Positions 1 through 9,073 of a DNA stretch of 64,000 bases are shown in pieces. The position numbers were made by a program, and so were the translations under genes. Position 1 is the stretch's first letter; the number at the start of each line of letters is the position of its first letter. This DNA comes from a virus. Its lineage: Duplodnaviria > Caudoviricetes. The stretch spans positions 64,001 through 128,000 of the IMG/VR virus record IMGVR_UViG_3300021400_001615; one strand, given 5' to 3'. The notes under the pieces are model-generated. The model ran no database searches. It was not told where the DNA came from and was given only the letters and a program-made list of their open reading frames with translations.

Positions 1-1227
1 TACGCATTGTTGCTATATACTGTTGGGCAACCGTGGGAAGAAGATCCAACATTAAAGCCTGATGACGGTGTTATACAAATATATACTAAAAGGTTTGATG
101 ACGGCGAGTATTTGTGTGGTATACGAAATCCGCATAATAGTGCTAATAATATAGGTTATTTTAAGAACGTTAAACATCCATTAATGGAAAAATATTTCGA
201 TTTTAGCAATAATATTATGGCTGTTAATTGTATTCATACTGATGTTCAGGCTAGAATGAATGGAGAGGATTTTGATTCCGATTTTAATTTTGTTACTAAT
301 CAGCCACAAATGGTTGAAGCTGCCCGTATAGCATATAGAGACTATCCAACGGTTGTCAATGAAATTGGTGAAAGCGGAATGTCTTATGATAATACGATGG
401 CCGAATATGCCCGTATGGATTCTGCAATGCAAAGTGCGCAGAAAGCTATTGGCGGCTCCAGTGATACTGCCCAGCTTGCGCAGACTTATTATTGGACTAA
501 AGTTAATAAAAAGGAGTTTGACGATGACTGCAAACAGTATTACGAAAATACGGTTATACTTGCCGTCTGTGCGCAATTGGCCATTGATGGATGCAAACGT
601 GTGTTCGAGGTAAATGTTAACAATGATATTGCCAGGATACGTTCGCAGCCATGCATGAAAATGAAAAAAGATTACCCCGCTTTTATGAAATGGACCAAGG
701 AAATTCCGGTAACAAAGAATGGCAAAGATAGGTCTTATGCGGAAATTAAAAAGGACAAAGATAAACTAAAGGAAAGAATAAACGAGAATCTTCAATGTCC
801 TATGAATTGGTTACAAGATTGTTTTGATAAGCTGCAAGGAATTGATAAAAAAAGTGGCATTAAAACGATGTCATTTTTCATTAAGATTGAAGAAAAAAAA
901 CCGAATAATCGTCAAATGTCAAGAATTCGTAAATTAGTCGAGGAATATGACTATTTTATTAAAAGCCATTTAGACTATTTTGATACTTCAGATGGTTTTG
1001 AATTGTTGGTTAATTATCATAATAACCTTATGGAAAATATAAAGTTGAGACCGATTGGTCATCAAACAATGAATAGATTAATTGAGGCTTCACTTGGTTT
1101 ACTTGGCAGAGGTATAAGATATAAGAAAGCTACAAAATTTACAAGAAAAATGCTAAACGTGCTATATCAATATGATCATGAAAAATTTCTAAAAAATTTT
1201 GTCAAAAAATCGCAAATATTTAATTAA
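1..1227 (+). CDS. YonO-like single-subunit RNA polymerase, C-terminal part (5' end outside window)
   Basis: Frame open from base 1; catalytic-loop motif ARMNGEDFDSDF (DxDGD-like), RNPH motif, LAIDGCKR; precedes HU and the virion operon as SPbeta yonO does; no in-frame TAG. Confidence 0.8.
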   Translation, partial: YALLLYTVGQPWEEDPTLKPDDGVIQIYTKRFDDGEYLCGIRNPHNSANNIGYFKNVKHPLMEKYFDFSNNIMAVNCIHTDVQARMNGEDFDSDFNFVTNQPQMVEAARIAYRDYPTVVNEIGESGMSYDNTMAEYARMDSAMQSAQKAIGGSSDTAQLAQTYYWTKVNKKEFDDDCKQYYENTVILAVCAQLAIDGCKRVFEVNVNNDIARIRSQPCMKMKKDYPAFMKWTKEIPVTKNGKDRSYAEIKKDKDKLKERINENLQCPMNWLQDCFDKLQGIDKKSGIKTMSFFIKIEEKKPNNRQMSRIRKLVEEYDYFIKSHLDYFDTSDGFELLVNYHNNLMENIKLRPIGHQTMNRLIEASLGLLGRGIRYKKATKFTRKMLNVLYQYDHEKFLKNFVKKSQIFN

Positions 1228-1463
1228 AACTACTGACTTTTTTTAAAATCAATGTGCTTCAAAGAACTAAAATCTAGTGTTTAAATAGCGATTAATTCCT
1301 AAAGTCTTATATGAGGGAATTACATGTTCTCTCTACCGCTATTGCCGAGTGCGGTATATATAAATATGGATTCATGAATGCTTTGTACCTTCTGGGTGTT
1401 ATATAGGTTAAACATCCATTTTTCTACAAAAACATTTTAAGGATATAAAAGGAGATTATTATT

Positions 1464-1781
1464 ATGACGAAAAAGGATTTTATTGTAAAAGTTACAGCCG
1501 ATGCTAATAAAATTATGCAAGAGGACGATACTAAAGCTAAAGTTACGCAGAAGATTGCTGCTGCTGTAATTGATAGTGCATTTGAAGCCATTATTGATGG
1601 TATGAAGAATGGACAAAGGGTTATTCCGCATAGCGGCTTCATTTTTAGCTCCGTATGGAAAGAAGCGCATGTGGCAAAAAATAATTTATTTGGCGGTGGC
1701 GAGGTCGAAGTTCCCGGCAAATACATTCCCAAGATTAAGTTTGGTCCACACGTTAAAGAAGGTATTAACTCCGAAGATTGA
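1464..1781 (+). CDS. HU-like DNA-binding protein (YonN-like)
   Basis: MTKKDFI start, GFIFS..., VEVPGKYIPKIKFG resemble the HU fold; RBS AAAGGAG. Confidence 0.8.
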   Translation: MTKKDFIVKVTADANKIMQEDDTKAKVTQKIAAAVIDSAFEAIIDGMKNGQRVIPHSGFIFSSVWKEAHVAKNNLFGGGEVEVPGKYIPKIKFGPHVKEGINSED

Positions 1782-1853
1782 TTCATATACTTTTTTATTA
1801 TTCTAAATTCTTATTTCCTCCTCTCCCATTTCAAAATAGAATTTAGTTTTATG

Positions 1854-1880
1854 CCGGTAGCTATAATGCTACCGGTTTTT
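1854..1880 (+). terminator. Intrinsic terminator
   Basis: CCGGTAGC-tataat-GCTACCGG followed by TTTTT. Confidence 0.7.
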
Positions 1881-1885
1881 ATTTA

Positions 1886-1959
1886 TAGAGTATGTGGTGT
1901 AACAGTAACACGCCGATTTTGGGAGTCGGAGTATCCCGGGCGGCACGGGCATATTCTAC
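1886..1959 (+). tRNA. tRNA-Pro(TGG) with non-canonical T-loop
   Basis: Acceptor TAGAGTA/TATTCTA; anticodon arm CCGAT-tt TGG ga-GTCGG; T arm CCCG-ggcggca-CGGG; no encoded CCA. Confidence 0.7.
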
Positions 1960-2005
1960 TTGTGAATAATTTAATATTATTTTCAAAATATACTTATTAA
2001 AGGGG

Positions 2006-2203
2006 TTGAAATTATTGATTGCAATTTCTAGAGAAGAAGCTCGTATGATCAGAGAAGCTGGCAGAGGCGAAGATGTTCATATGAGTTCAAGAAGTAAAAA
2101 ATCTCGTGGAAAGAGATATTTTCTTACAGAGTCATATAAAAGTATGAAGCTGCTAAATGATTATAGAAATGAAAGAACTTCTGAAGTACACGAGAGGAGT
2201 TGA
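2006..2203 (+). CDS. Small basic hypothetical protein
   Basis: 65 aa ORF, TTG start after AAAGGGG, in operon. Confidence 0.6.
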   Translation: MKLLIAISREEARMIREAGRGEDVHMSSRSKKSRGKRYFLTESYKSMKLLNDYRNERTSEVHERS

Positions 2204-2209
2204 TATTAA

Positions 2210-3025
2210 TTGGGTCATGAATTCTATAAAGGTTATAAAGAAATAACCGGAAATACTTATGAAATAAATGAGTACATGGAGAACATCAATACGTCCATTT
2301 GGTATCCAAATGAGTATTTGATTATTAACAATATTGATGATGGAAGTACAAAAGAAATGCGCTGGGATGGAAACAGTTTTGTTCCATTAAGACTTCCAAA
2401 TTCTAAATTTATAAAAGGAAAGAATGCTCTGCAAAGATGCGCTCTTGATATGCTTAATAATAAGGATATTACTATTTGTGTAATACTTGGTACTTATGGC
2501 AGCGGAAAATCTTACCTTCTTACTAGAATGGCCGATTACTGTGTTAGGGAAAAAGGATGGCAATCCAAGATTTGTTTTATTCGTGAACCTTGGGGTGAAG
2601 GTCGTGAAGAGGGTTATTTAAAGGGGGATTTTTCGCAGAAGAATGAAATATGGACTCTTCCGATTAAACAGCAATTTGATGGTCAAGAGTATGAGGTTGA
2701 CCGAATGCAGGATCAGGGTCTCATTGAATTTAATATTCCTACTTATATGAAAGGGACCACCTATCCATATACCGTCATGGTCATCGATGAAGCGGAAGAT
2801 CTGACGGAAAAACAGATAAGACTTATTGGCACTAGAATAGGCGAGGGAGGAAGAACGTTCTGGGATGGCGATTATAGACAATCGCTGTTGGATGATTCTT
2901 ATGATAATCCTCTCTTAAAAATGTGTAATGAATTTAAAGGTTCAAAGCTATTTGGAGTTATCACTCTTGAAGAAGATGTTAGAAGCGAAACCAGTAGGTT
3001 ATTCGCTAATTTATTTAATGATTAA
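2210..3025 (+). CDS. phoH: PhoH-family ATPase
   Basis: KNALQ, Walker A GTYGSGKS, GYLKG, YMKGTT, Walker B VIDEAE, DGDYRQ, VRSETS. Confidence 0.9.
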   Translation: MGHEFYKGYKEITGNTYEINEYMENINTSIWYPNEYLIINNIDDGSTKEMRWDGNSFVPLRLPNSKFIKGKNALQRCALDMLNNKDITICVILGTYGSGKSYLLTRMADYCVREKGWQSKICFIREPWGEGREEGYLKGDFSQKNEIWTLPIKQQFDGQEYEVDRMQDQGLIEFNIPTYMKGTTYPYTVMVIDEAEDLTEKQIRLIGTRIGEGGRTFWDGDYRQSLLDDSYDNPLLKMCNEFKGSKLFGVITLEEDVRSETSRLFANLFND

Positions 3026-3038
3026 AAGGAGAAAAGAT

Positions 3039-3368
3039 ATGGAGATTCGCACATTAAAAAATGAAAACAAAGTAACAAATGCAGCCAATGTAAAGGGCAA
3101 GGTTATTCGTAAAGCACAAATTGCCCGGCAGTTAGTACAGCGTGGTCAGAGAATTATTGATATTAAGGCTGATAGAAATGATCCGGATGGCAAAAGATCA
3201 GTTTATGTATTTGAAGATAATGATGAATTTCAGAATGTGTTTTCATCTATTATTGAGGAAAACAAAAGAAACAGAGAGAATTCGGACATTGCCACGTTGA
3301 AAAGACAGGCTGAGGAAATGAGAAAGCAGATTGATGCACTTACAAAAAATGTAGACGAAAAGGAGTGA
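3039..3368 (+). CDS. Hypothetical protein (DUF5659-like) with C-terminal coiled coil
   Basis: RBS AAAGGAG before ATG 3039; IARQLVQRG..IIDIK...SVYVFE pattern. Confidence 0.6.
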   Translation: MEIRTLKNENKVTNAANVKGKVIRKAQIARQLVQRGQRIIDIKADRNDPDGKRSVYVFEDNDEFQNVFSSIIEENKRNRENSDIATLKRQAEEMRKQIDALTKNVDEKE

Positions 3369-3374
3369 TAGCTT

Positions 3375-4004
3375 ATGCAATTACTTGAACTACCCGTTAT
3401 TGAGAATATAAAATCCGATGGCTATCTTACGCCAGAGGAATATACATATTGGAAAGCAAGAGAAAGTAGAACTTTTATGATTGATTATGAAATTGACGAA
3501 GACTACTCTCTCATCGAATTAAGTAAAATTATCATTCAAATGAATATGGATGAAATGAATATACCAAAGGAAGAATTAAAGCCGATTTACATTTGGGTTC
3601 ATAGCTTTGGCGGTGATATGCAGCAGCAAAGATTTTTTTCTGATCTATTAATTTCAAGCCGCATCCCTATTGTCACAATTGCTATGGGCGCAGCCATGTC
3701 TGCTGGATTTTTAATTTTCCTGGCTGGTCATAAACGCTATGCTTTTCCACATTCCAAGTTATTGGTTCATGATGGATATGCCGGATTTGAGGGAACTGCA
3801 TCTGAGATGGAGGAATTTCAGAAAAATTACAAGAAAATGATTTCTGAAATGAAGGAATATGTACTTTCCAGAACCACGATAGATGAAAAGACATTTAAAA
3901 AATATCAAAATAAAGATTGGTATTTAACCTCCGAAGAATTATTGAAGTTTCATGTTGTTGATAAACTAATTGATAATATTGAGGATATTTTTAGTGGGGA
4001 ATAA
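3375..4004 (+). CDS. clpP: ClpP-like serine protease
   Basis: PIYIWVHSFGG, catalytic Ser in GAAMSAG, His in LLVHDG, DWYLTSEELLKFHVVD. Confidence 0.9.
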   Translation: MQLLELPVIENIKSDGYLTPEEYTYWKARESRTFMIDYEIDEDYSLIELSKIIIQMNMDEMNIPKEELKPIYIWVHSFGGDMQQQRFFSDLLISSRIPIVTIAMGAAMSAGFLIFLAGHKRYAFPHSKLLVHDGYAGFEGTASEMEEFQKNYKKMISEMKEYVLSRTTIDEKTFKKYQNKDWYLTSEELLKFHVVDKLIDNIEDIFSGE

Positions 4005-4083
4005 TTTTCCCCACATTTTAATTATATAAAAAACATCTCGTGCATTTGTAAGAGTTAAATGGTTAATAAAAGGAGAAAATAAT

Positions 4084-4305
4084 ATGGCTAAAAATTATAC
4101 ATACAATAGAGTTTTGACTGATAAGTTTAATATTAAAGGTGTTCTTTCCGAGGACTGCAAAACTATTACCTATGTAAATGGTGATAAGGAAGAACTGCAA
4201 ATTGATGTAGCTAAATGTTTCGAACCGTTTAAGGGCGAGGAAATTACTCTTGTTATTACTGTTAAGCAGGATCAGGATCTTTCGGATGAATTTGAGGAGG
4301 AATGA
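4084..4305 (+). CDS. YonK-like small protein
   Basis: FNIKGVL...FKGEEITLVITVK resembles SPbeta YonK; same position before the metallophosphoesterase. Confidence 0.6.
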   Translation: MAKNYTYNRVLTDKFNIKGVLSEDCKTITYVNGDKEELQIDVAKCFEPFKGEEITLVITVKQDQDLSDEFEEE

Positions 4306-4306
4306 T

Positions 4307-5512
4307 ATGGCCTCTGTAAATCTTAACAAAAGACCCGATGAATCTGAGCTTGGTTATATTAATAGGATAGGTAACTATAAGGTTTCCGGTATTATTGATA
4401 TGACCTGGACGGAATTGGCGGACTTATTTAATAAAAATTTACGTGAACCCGGCGAATGGTGGACTGAGTCTGCATATAGAAAGAAGTTCGCAAACATGCG
4501 ACGCTTCAAAGAGGAATTTGCCGGTGACACTACTGATATTAATGAAATTGATGAGCTTAAAGAACTTAAACGTGAGTTAGAAAAAGAGAAAGTCAAAGTT
4601 CGTGACGAGCGCAATGAATACCGCAAGCTGATCCGTGACGAGGCTAGGAAGGAGTCTTATCAGGATCAGTTTATTCGTTCCATTGAAGAAACAGCAGGAA
4701 AATACGCTCTTGATAATACTGTTAAATATCACATTCATACTGTTTCGGATAATGATATGATTATTTGTTTAACGGATATACATGCCGGTATAGAGGTCCA
4801 TAATTTCTGGAATAATTATGATAAAGATATACTTAAAGAACGTTTACAGCATTATCTTTCTAGAATACATGAAATTAGAGAAAGACATAAAGCTCAGAAT
4901 GCTTACCTTGTTATCTCTGAACTTTTGTCTGGTATAATTCATCCAACTCTTCGTATTCAAAATAACCAGGATCTTATAGATCAATTTTTAATGATCACAG
5001 ATTATCTTTGCGATTTCATTAAAGATCTGAGTACAGAATTTAATAATGTAAACGTGTATGTTGCTCCCGGAAATCATAGCAGAATAAATCCAAAGAAGGA
5101 TCAAGATCTTGCTCACGAAAATATGGATAATTTGGTTATTCCTTTTTTAAAAGCGAGATTGCAAAATTATTCCAATGTAAAATGCTGGGATAATCTTATA
5201 GAACAATCTATGGCTGTTTTTAACGTTAGGAAATTGACGGTTGTTGCTGTACATGGTGACAGGGATTCTTTTTCTTCCGTAGCTGATAATGTAAGTAAGA
5301 TGTTGGGTGCGAAGGTTGATTTGGTGATTACTGGTCATAAGCATACCAACAGAATGATGACAGATTCTGACGTGAAGGTTGTTCAAAGTGGGTGCTTATC
5401 TGGAAGTGATGAGTTTGCTATTAATAATAGGCTTAGGAACAGGCCGGAACAGGTTGTTTGCATTATATCTGAAGCAGAGGGACTTGATTGTATTTATGAT
5501 ATTAAGTTTTAA
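4307..5512 (+). CDS. Calcineurin-like metallophosphoesterase with N-terminal coiled coil (YonJ-like)
   Basis: LTDIHAG, PGNHSR, VHGD, TGHKH motifs; ATG 4307 after GAGGAGG. Confidence 0.85.
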   Translation: MASVNLNKRPDESELGYINRIGNYKVSGIIDMTWTELADLFNKNLREPGEWWTESAYRKKFANMRRFKEEFAGDTTDINEIDELKELKRELEKEKVKVRDERNEYRKLIRDEARKESYQDQFIRSIEETAGKYALDNTVKYHIHTVSDNDMIICLTDIHAGIEVHNFWNNYDKDILKERLQHYLSRIHEIRERHKAQNAYLVISELLSGIIHPTLRIQNNQDLIDQFLMITDYLCDFIKDLSTEFNNVNVYVAPGNHSRINPKKDQDLAHENMDNLVIPFLKARLQNYSNVKCWDNLIEQSMAVFNVRKLTVVAVHGDRDSFSSVADNVSKMLGAKVDLVITGHKHTNRMMTDSDVKVVQSGCLSGSDEFAINNRLRNRPEQVVCIISEAEGLDCIYDIKF

Positions 5513-5524
5513 AGGAGAAAAAGG

Positions 5525-6091
5525 ATGAATAAAATTATTATTAATGATGGCAATGATCTTGCCCGTGAGATTTTAGGATATTTATCCGATCATGAATGTA
5601 TTGATGATTTTGGTGTTGTTGCTGATTATTATACTATTTGTGATTTATTAAATGGACTTATTAAGGATGATAATAATTGTTATAATGCAGTTTCTGTCGA
5701 TCTTCATGATCCAGAATATGATAATTATGATGACGCATATTATCTTGAGGGTAATGTGAATACACAAGAGATATACGTTGGAAAGATGATTTGTGAGGGT
5801 CATGATGATTTTTTAATTATAATGGGCGATGTTATATTCATCGATCATATATATCTGGATCAGTATATGGAGTCGAAAAATTCTTCAAAGAATTTAAAAG
5901 TATTTGCTTATGCTGATGATGAATATGATCACGCTGATTATGCACCATGTTTTTGTTGGAAAGACGAAGATCACAAGGGGTTTTCATTTTGTGTTGATAA
6001 TGATCATGATCATGTAAGAATTAAATATGAAGGTACTAAGACGCTTACTACTGATGAAGCTTATAAGATTATTGATAGTTATTTTGATTAA
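5525..6091 (+). CDS. Acidic hypothetical protein
   Basis: 188 aa ORF with RBS AAAGGAG. Confidence 0.7.
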   Translation: MNKIIINDGNDLAREILGYLSDHECIDDFGVVADYYTICDLLNGLIKDDNNCYNAVSVDLHDPEYDNYDDAYYLEGNVNTQEIYVGKMICEGHDDFLIIMGDVIFIDHIYLDQYMESKNSSKNLKVFAYADDEYDHADYAPCFCWKDEDHKGFSFCVDNDHDHVRIKYEGTKTLTTDEAYKIIDSYFD

Positions 6092-6096
6092 GCGTT

Positions 6097-6124
6097 CGGG
6101 ATGGGTACTTGTCCCCTGTTTTTT
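6097..6124 (+). terminator. Intrinsic terminator
   Basis: CGGGGATGGG-tac-TTGTCCCCTG hairpin then T-run. Confidence 0.55.
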
Positions 6125-6149
6125 ATAAATGTAGATTATAATGTCTACA

Positions 6150-6207
6150 GTCGATGTGGCTAATGGAGTCGTGTTTTATACATGTGGTTCGAATCCGCAC
6201 ATCGGCT
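6150..6207 (+). ncRNA. Minimal or degenerate tRNA-like element
   Basis: 7-bp acceptor GTCGATG/CATCGGC and canonical T arm TGTGG-TTCGAAT-CCGCA, but only 26 nt between them. Confidence 0.55.
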
Positions 6208-6249
6208 TTATGCGTCAATCGCAAAAATGATTAAAAGGATGGTGAAATT

Positions 6250-7308
6250 ATGATTAGGTTAAAACCCGCTTTATCCGAGGAAGAGATTAGAAAAACTGGC
6301 GTTGCAGAAGTGCGTAAAGCCTATAACAATCTCGCAAAAGATTATAATCGTATACTTGATGGTAAGCTTTGCTATTGTCATAAATGCAATGAGTTTCGAA
6401 ACGCCGATGCTTTTTATTCGAATAAGAATTATGCAAGCGGAGCCTTTCCAATATGCAAAAAATGTTTAATGGAAATGGCTTGCGACTATGATAAAAAAAC
6501 AAATCAGTATACGGATAATCGTGAAAAAACTATGGAAGTGTTAAAAATGATGGATCTTCCATATATAGATTCATTATATCAATCCGCTCTTACTTCTACT
6601 AATGAGGACATTCAGGACAAGCACAGAAGTACTGCGTGGAGTCAGTATATAGTAATGATAAAAAGTTTGTTTCAATATAAAGATAAGAAATGGAAAGACT
6701 CAGAACTTCCGGTGGATTATTTGGATAAAGATGAAGAAGAAATAAATGAAAATTCCAGAATGCTTAAACAAGCAAAGAAGCGTTTTGGTGATGGTTATAC
6801 TAATTCCGATCTTTTGTTTCTAGAAACCGAATATAGAGATTGGATAAAACGTTATGCCTGTGAAAATAAAGCGCAGGAAATATTGTTCAAGAGGATTTGT
6901 TTTAAGGAGCTTGAGATAGATAAGGCGCAAAAATCAGGCAGAGACACAAAGGAATTGGATAAAACCTTGCAGGATTTGATGGGCAGTATGTCTTTGAAGC
7001 CAAATCAAAATAATTCAAATGCTCTTACAGAGGCAAAGACATTTGGCCAGTTAATTCAAAAATGGGAAAACGAAAAACCTATTCCTGAGCCAGAAGGCGA
7101 TTTTAAGGACGTTGATAAAATCGGCGTTTATCTTGATGTATTTTTTAAAGGTCATCTATCTAAGATGATGGGATTAAAAAATGCTTTCACGCCTTTATAT
7201 GATAGGTTTATGAAAAAGTATACGGTCAATAAGCCGCAGTATGATGAGGATTCCGATTCTGAAGCGTTATTTGACCAGATTTTTGGTACGAATTTGGATG
7301 ACGCATAA
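6250..7308 (+). CDS. Zn-finger protein preceding TerL (putative terminase small subunit)
   Basis: CHKC/CKKC pairs; TFGQLIQKWENEKPIPEP; TAA overlaps TerL ATG (TAATG); function inferred from position. Confidence 0.55.
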   Translation: MIRLKPALSEEEIRKTGVAEVRKAYNNLAKDYNRILDGKLCYCHKCNEFRNADAFYSNKNYASGAFPICKKCLMEMACDYDKKTNQYTDNREKTMEVLKMMDLPYIDSLYQSALTSTNEDIQDKHRSTAWSQYIVMIKSLFQYKDKKWKDSELPVDYLDKDEEEINENSRMLKQAKKRFGDGYTNSDLLFLETEYRDWIKRYACENKAQEILFKRICFKELEIDKAQKSGRDTKELDKTLQDLMGSMSLKPNQNNSNALTEAKTFGQLIQKWENEKPIPEPEGDFKDVDKIGVYLDVFFKGHLSKMMGLKNAFTPLYDRFMKKYTVNKPQYDEDSDSEALFDQIFGTNLDDA

Positions 7309-9059
7309 TGGCTGAAATAAAAAAAACTGTTCGTGAAATTGCTCAGGATAAAGAACAGAAAATAATGGAAACCGTTGCCTGGAGAGCTTCTTATTATAGA
7401 GCTAATCCACAAAGATATGTTGAAGAGGTTCTTGGTATTCACTTGAAGTTATTTCAGAAAATCCTTATATGGGCAATGATGTAGTATCACTATTTTATGT
7501 TTATTGCTGCTCGAGGAATGTCAAAAACATGGTTAACAGCATTGTTTTGTGTTGTAAGATGCATATTATATCCCGGTAGCAAAATAGTTGTATGCGCCGG
7601 TACATTAAAATAGGCCAATGGTGTTCTATTAAAAATACAAGATGAATTTATGAAACAATCGTCCATTTTGTGTAGTGAAATTGAGAGGTGTAATATTTCA
7701 TAGAATGAGGCGATTATCATGTTTAAAAATGGCTCTTGGATAACTACGAGGACAAGTACAGATAATGCTCGTGGTGCCAGGGCAAATATAATAGTTGTCG
7801 ATGAATTCCGGATGGTTGATGAGACAATTTTGAATATGGTTATAAGAAAATTCTTAACAAGTCCCAGACAGCCGAATTACTTAAATAAGCCTCAATATGC
7901 TCATTTACAAGAAAGAAATAAAGAAATATATATGTCTAGTGCATATTTTAAGTCTTCTTGGGCATGGAAAAAATTACAGGCTTATGTATTAAATTTCTTT
8001 GATGATACAAAAAAATATTTTGTCTGTGGATTGCCGTATCAATTAAGCATTAAAGAGGGACTACTATCTCGTGAGCAAATTAGAGATGAAATGAGCGAGT
8101 CAGACTTTAATGAACTTGCTTTTATTATGGAAATGGAAGCAATTTGGTTTGGTGATACGGGTGACAATTTATTCAGGTTTGAAGAAATAAATAAATGCAG
8201 AAAGATAAAGAATGCTTTATTACCTCTAAAGTTTTACAATGACAAAATAAAGGTTCCAGATTCGCTGCAAACCGAAAAGCGCATATTATCTGTTGACGTT
8301 GCTTTAATGGGATCGTCAAAGAAGAAAAAAAATGATGCTTCTGCACTATATATTAATAGTGCGATTTAGTCAGATAATGTAACATATCATTCTAACATTA
8401 TATATGGGGAAACTTTTGAGGGGTTAACAACTGATGAACTTGGAATTATTGTTATGAGATATTTTTATAAATACAAATGTACAGACTTGGTACTTGATAG
8501 TAACGGACTGGGCCTTGGTGTCGCCGATTTCATTTGTAAGGACCAATATGACTCAGAGACCGGTGAAACATACAAAGCCATATGTTGTTGTAATGATGAT
8601 GATATGGCGGCAAGGTGTAAAGTTAAAGATGCTGTAAAAGCAATGTGGTCAGTCAAGGCAACAAGCAACTTTAATAATGAAGTTTGTGTATTATTAAGGA
8701 CTGGAATACAAAATGGAAAAATTAGCTTTTTGGTTTCAGAGGAAGATTGCGATGAAAGTATATCCAAGATTTATAAATAGTATTCTAAATTAAGTCCAAC
8801 AGATCGAACTTATATCAAAATGCCGTATTTGCAAACAACAATGGCTGAGTATGAATTAATTAAGTTAGATCATGAGGTTAGAAATGGTAATATTAAAGTT
8901 AAAGAACAATCCGGTATGAGAAAAGACCGCTACTCTTCTATTGCTTATAATTATTGGTGTGCTTGTCAACTTGAGTTGAAACTGCGGCCAAAACAGAATG
9001 ATAATAATTTGGTGAACTATTTGCCAATTCGTCCGGCAAAAAGGTTCAGATCTATTTGA
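7308..9059 (+). CDS. terL: Terminase large subunit, 583 aa, 5 in-frame TAG read as Gln
   Basis: One frame with TAG at 7482, 7611, 7701, 8367, 8778; Walker A AARGMSKT, GTLK*AN (TxxQA), RGARANIIVVDE, LSVDVA, VLDSNGLG, RKDRYSS. Confidence 0.92.
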
Positions 9060-9073
9060 GGGGGTGTTTGCCA

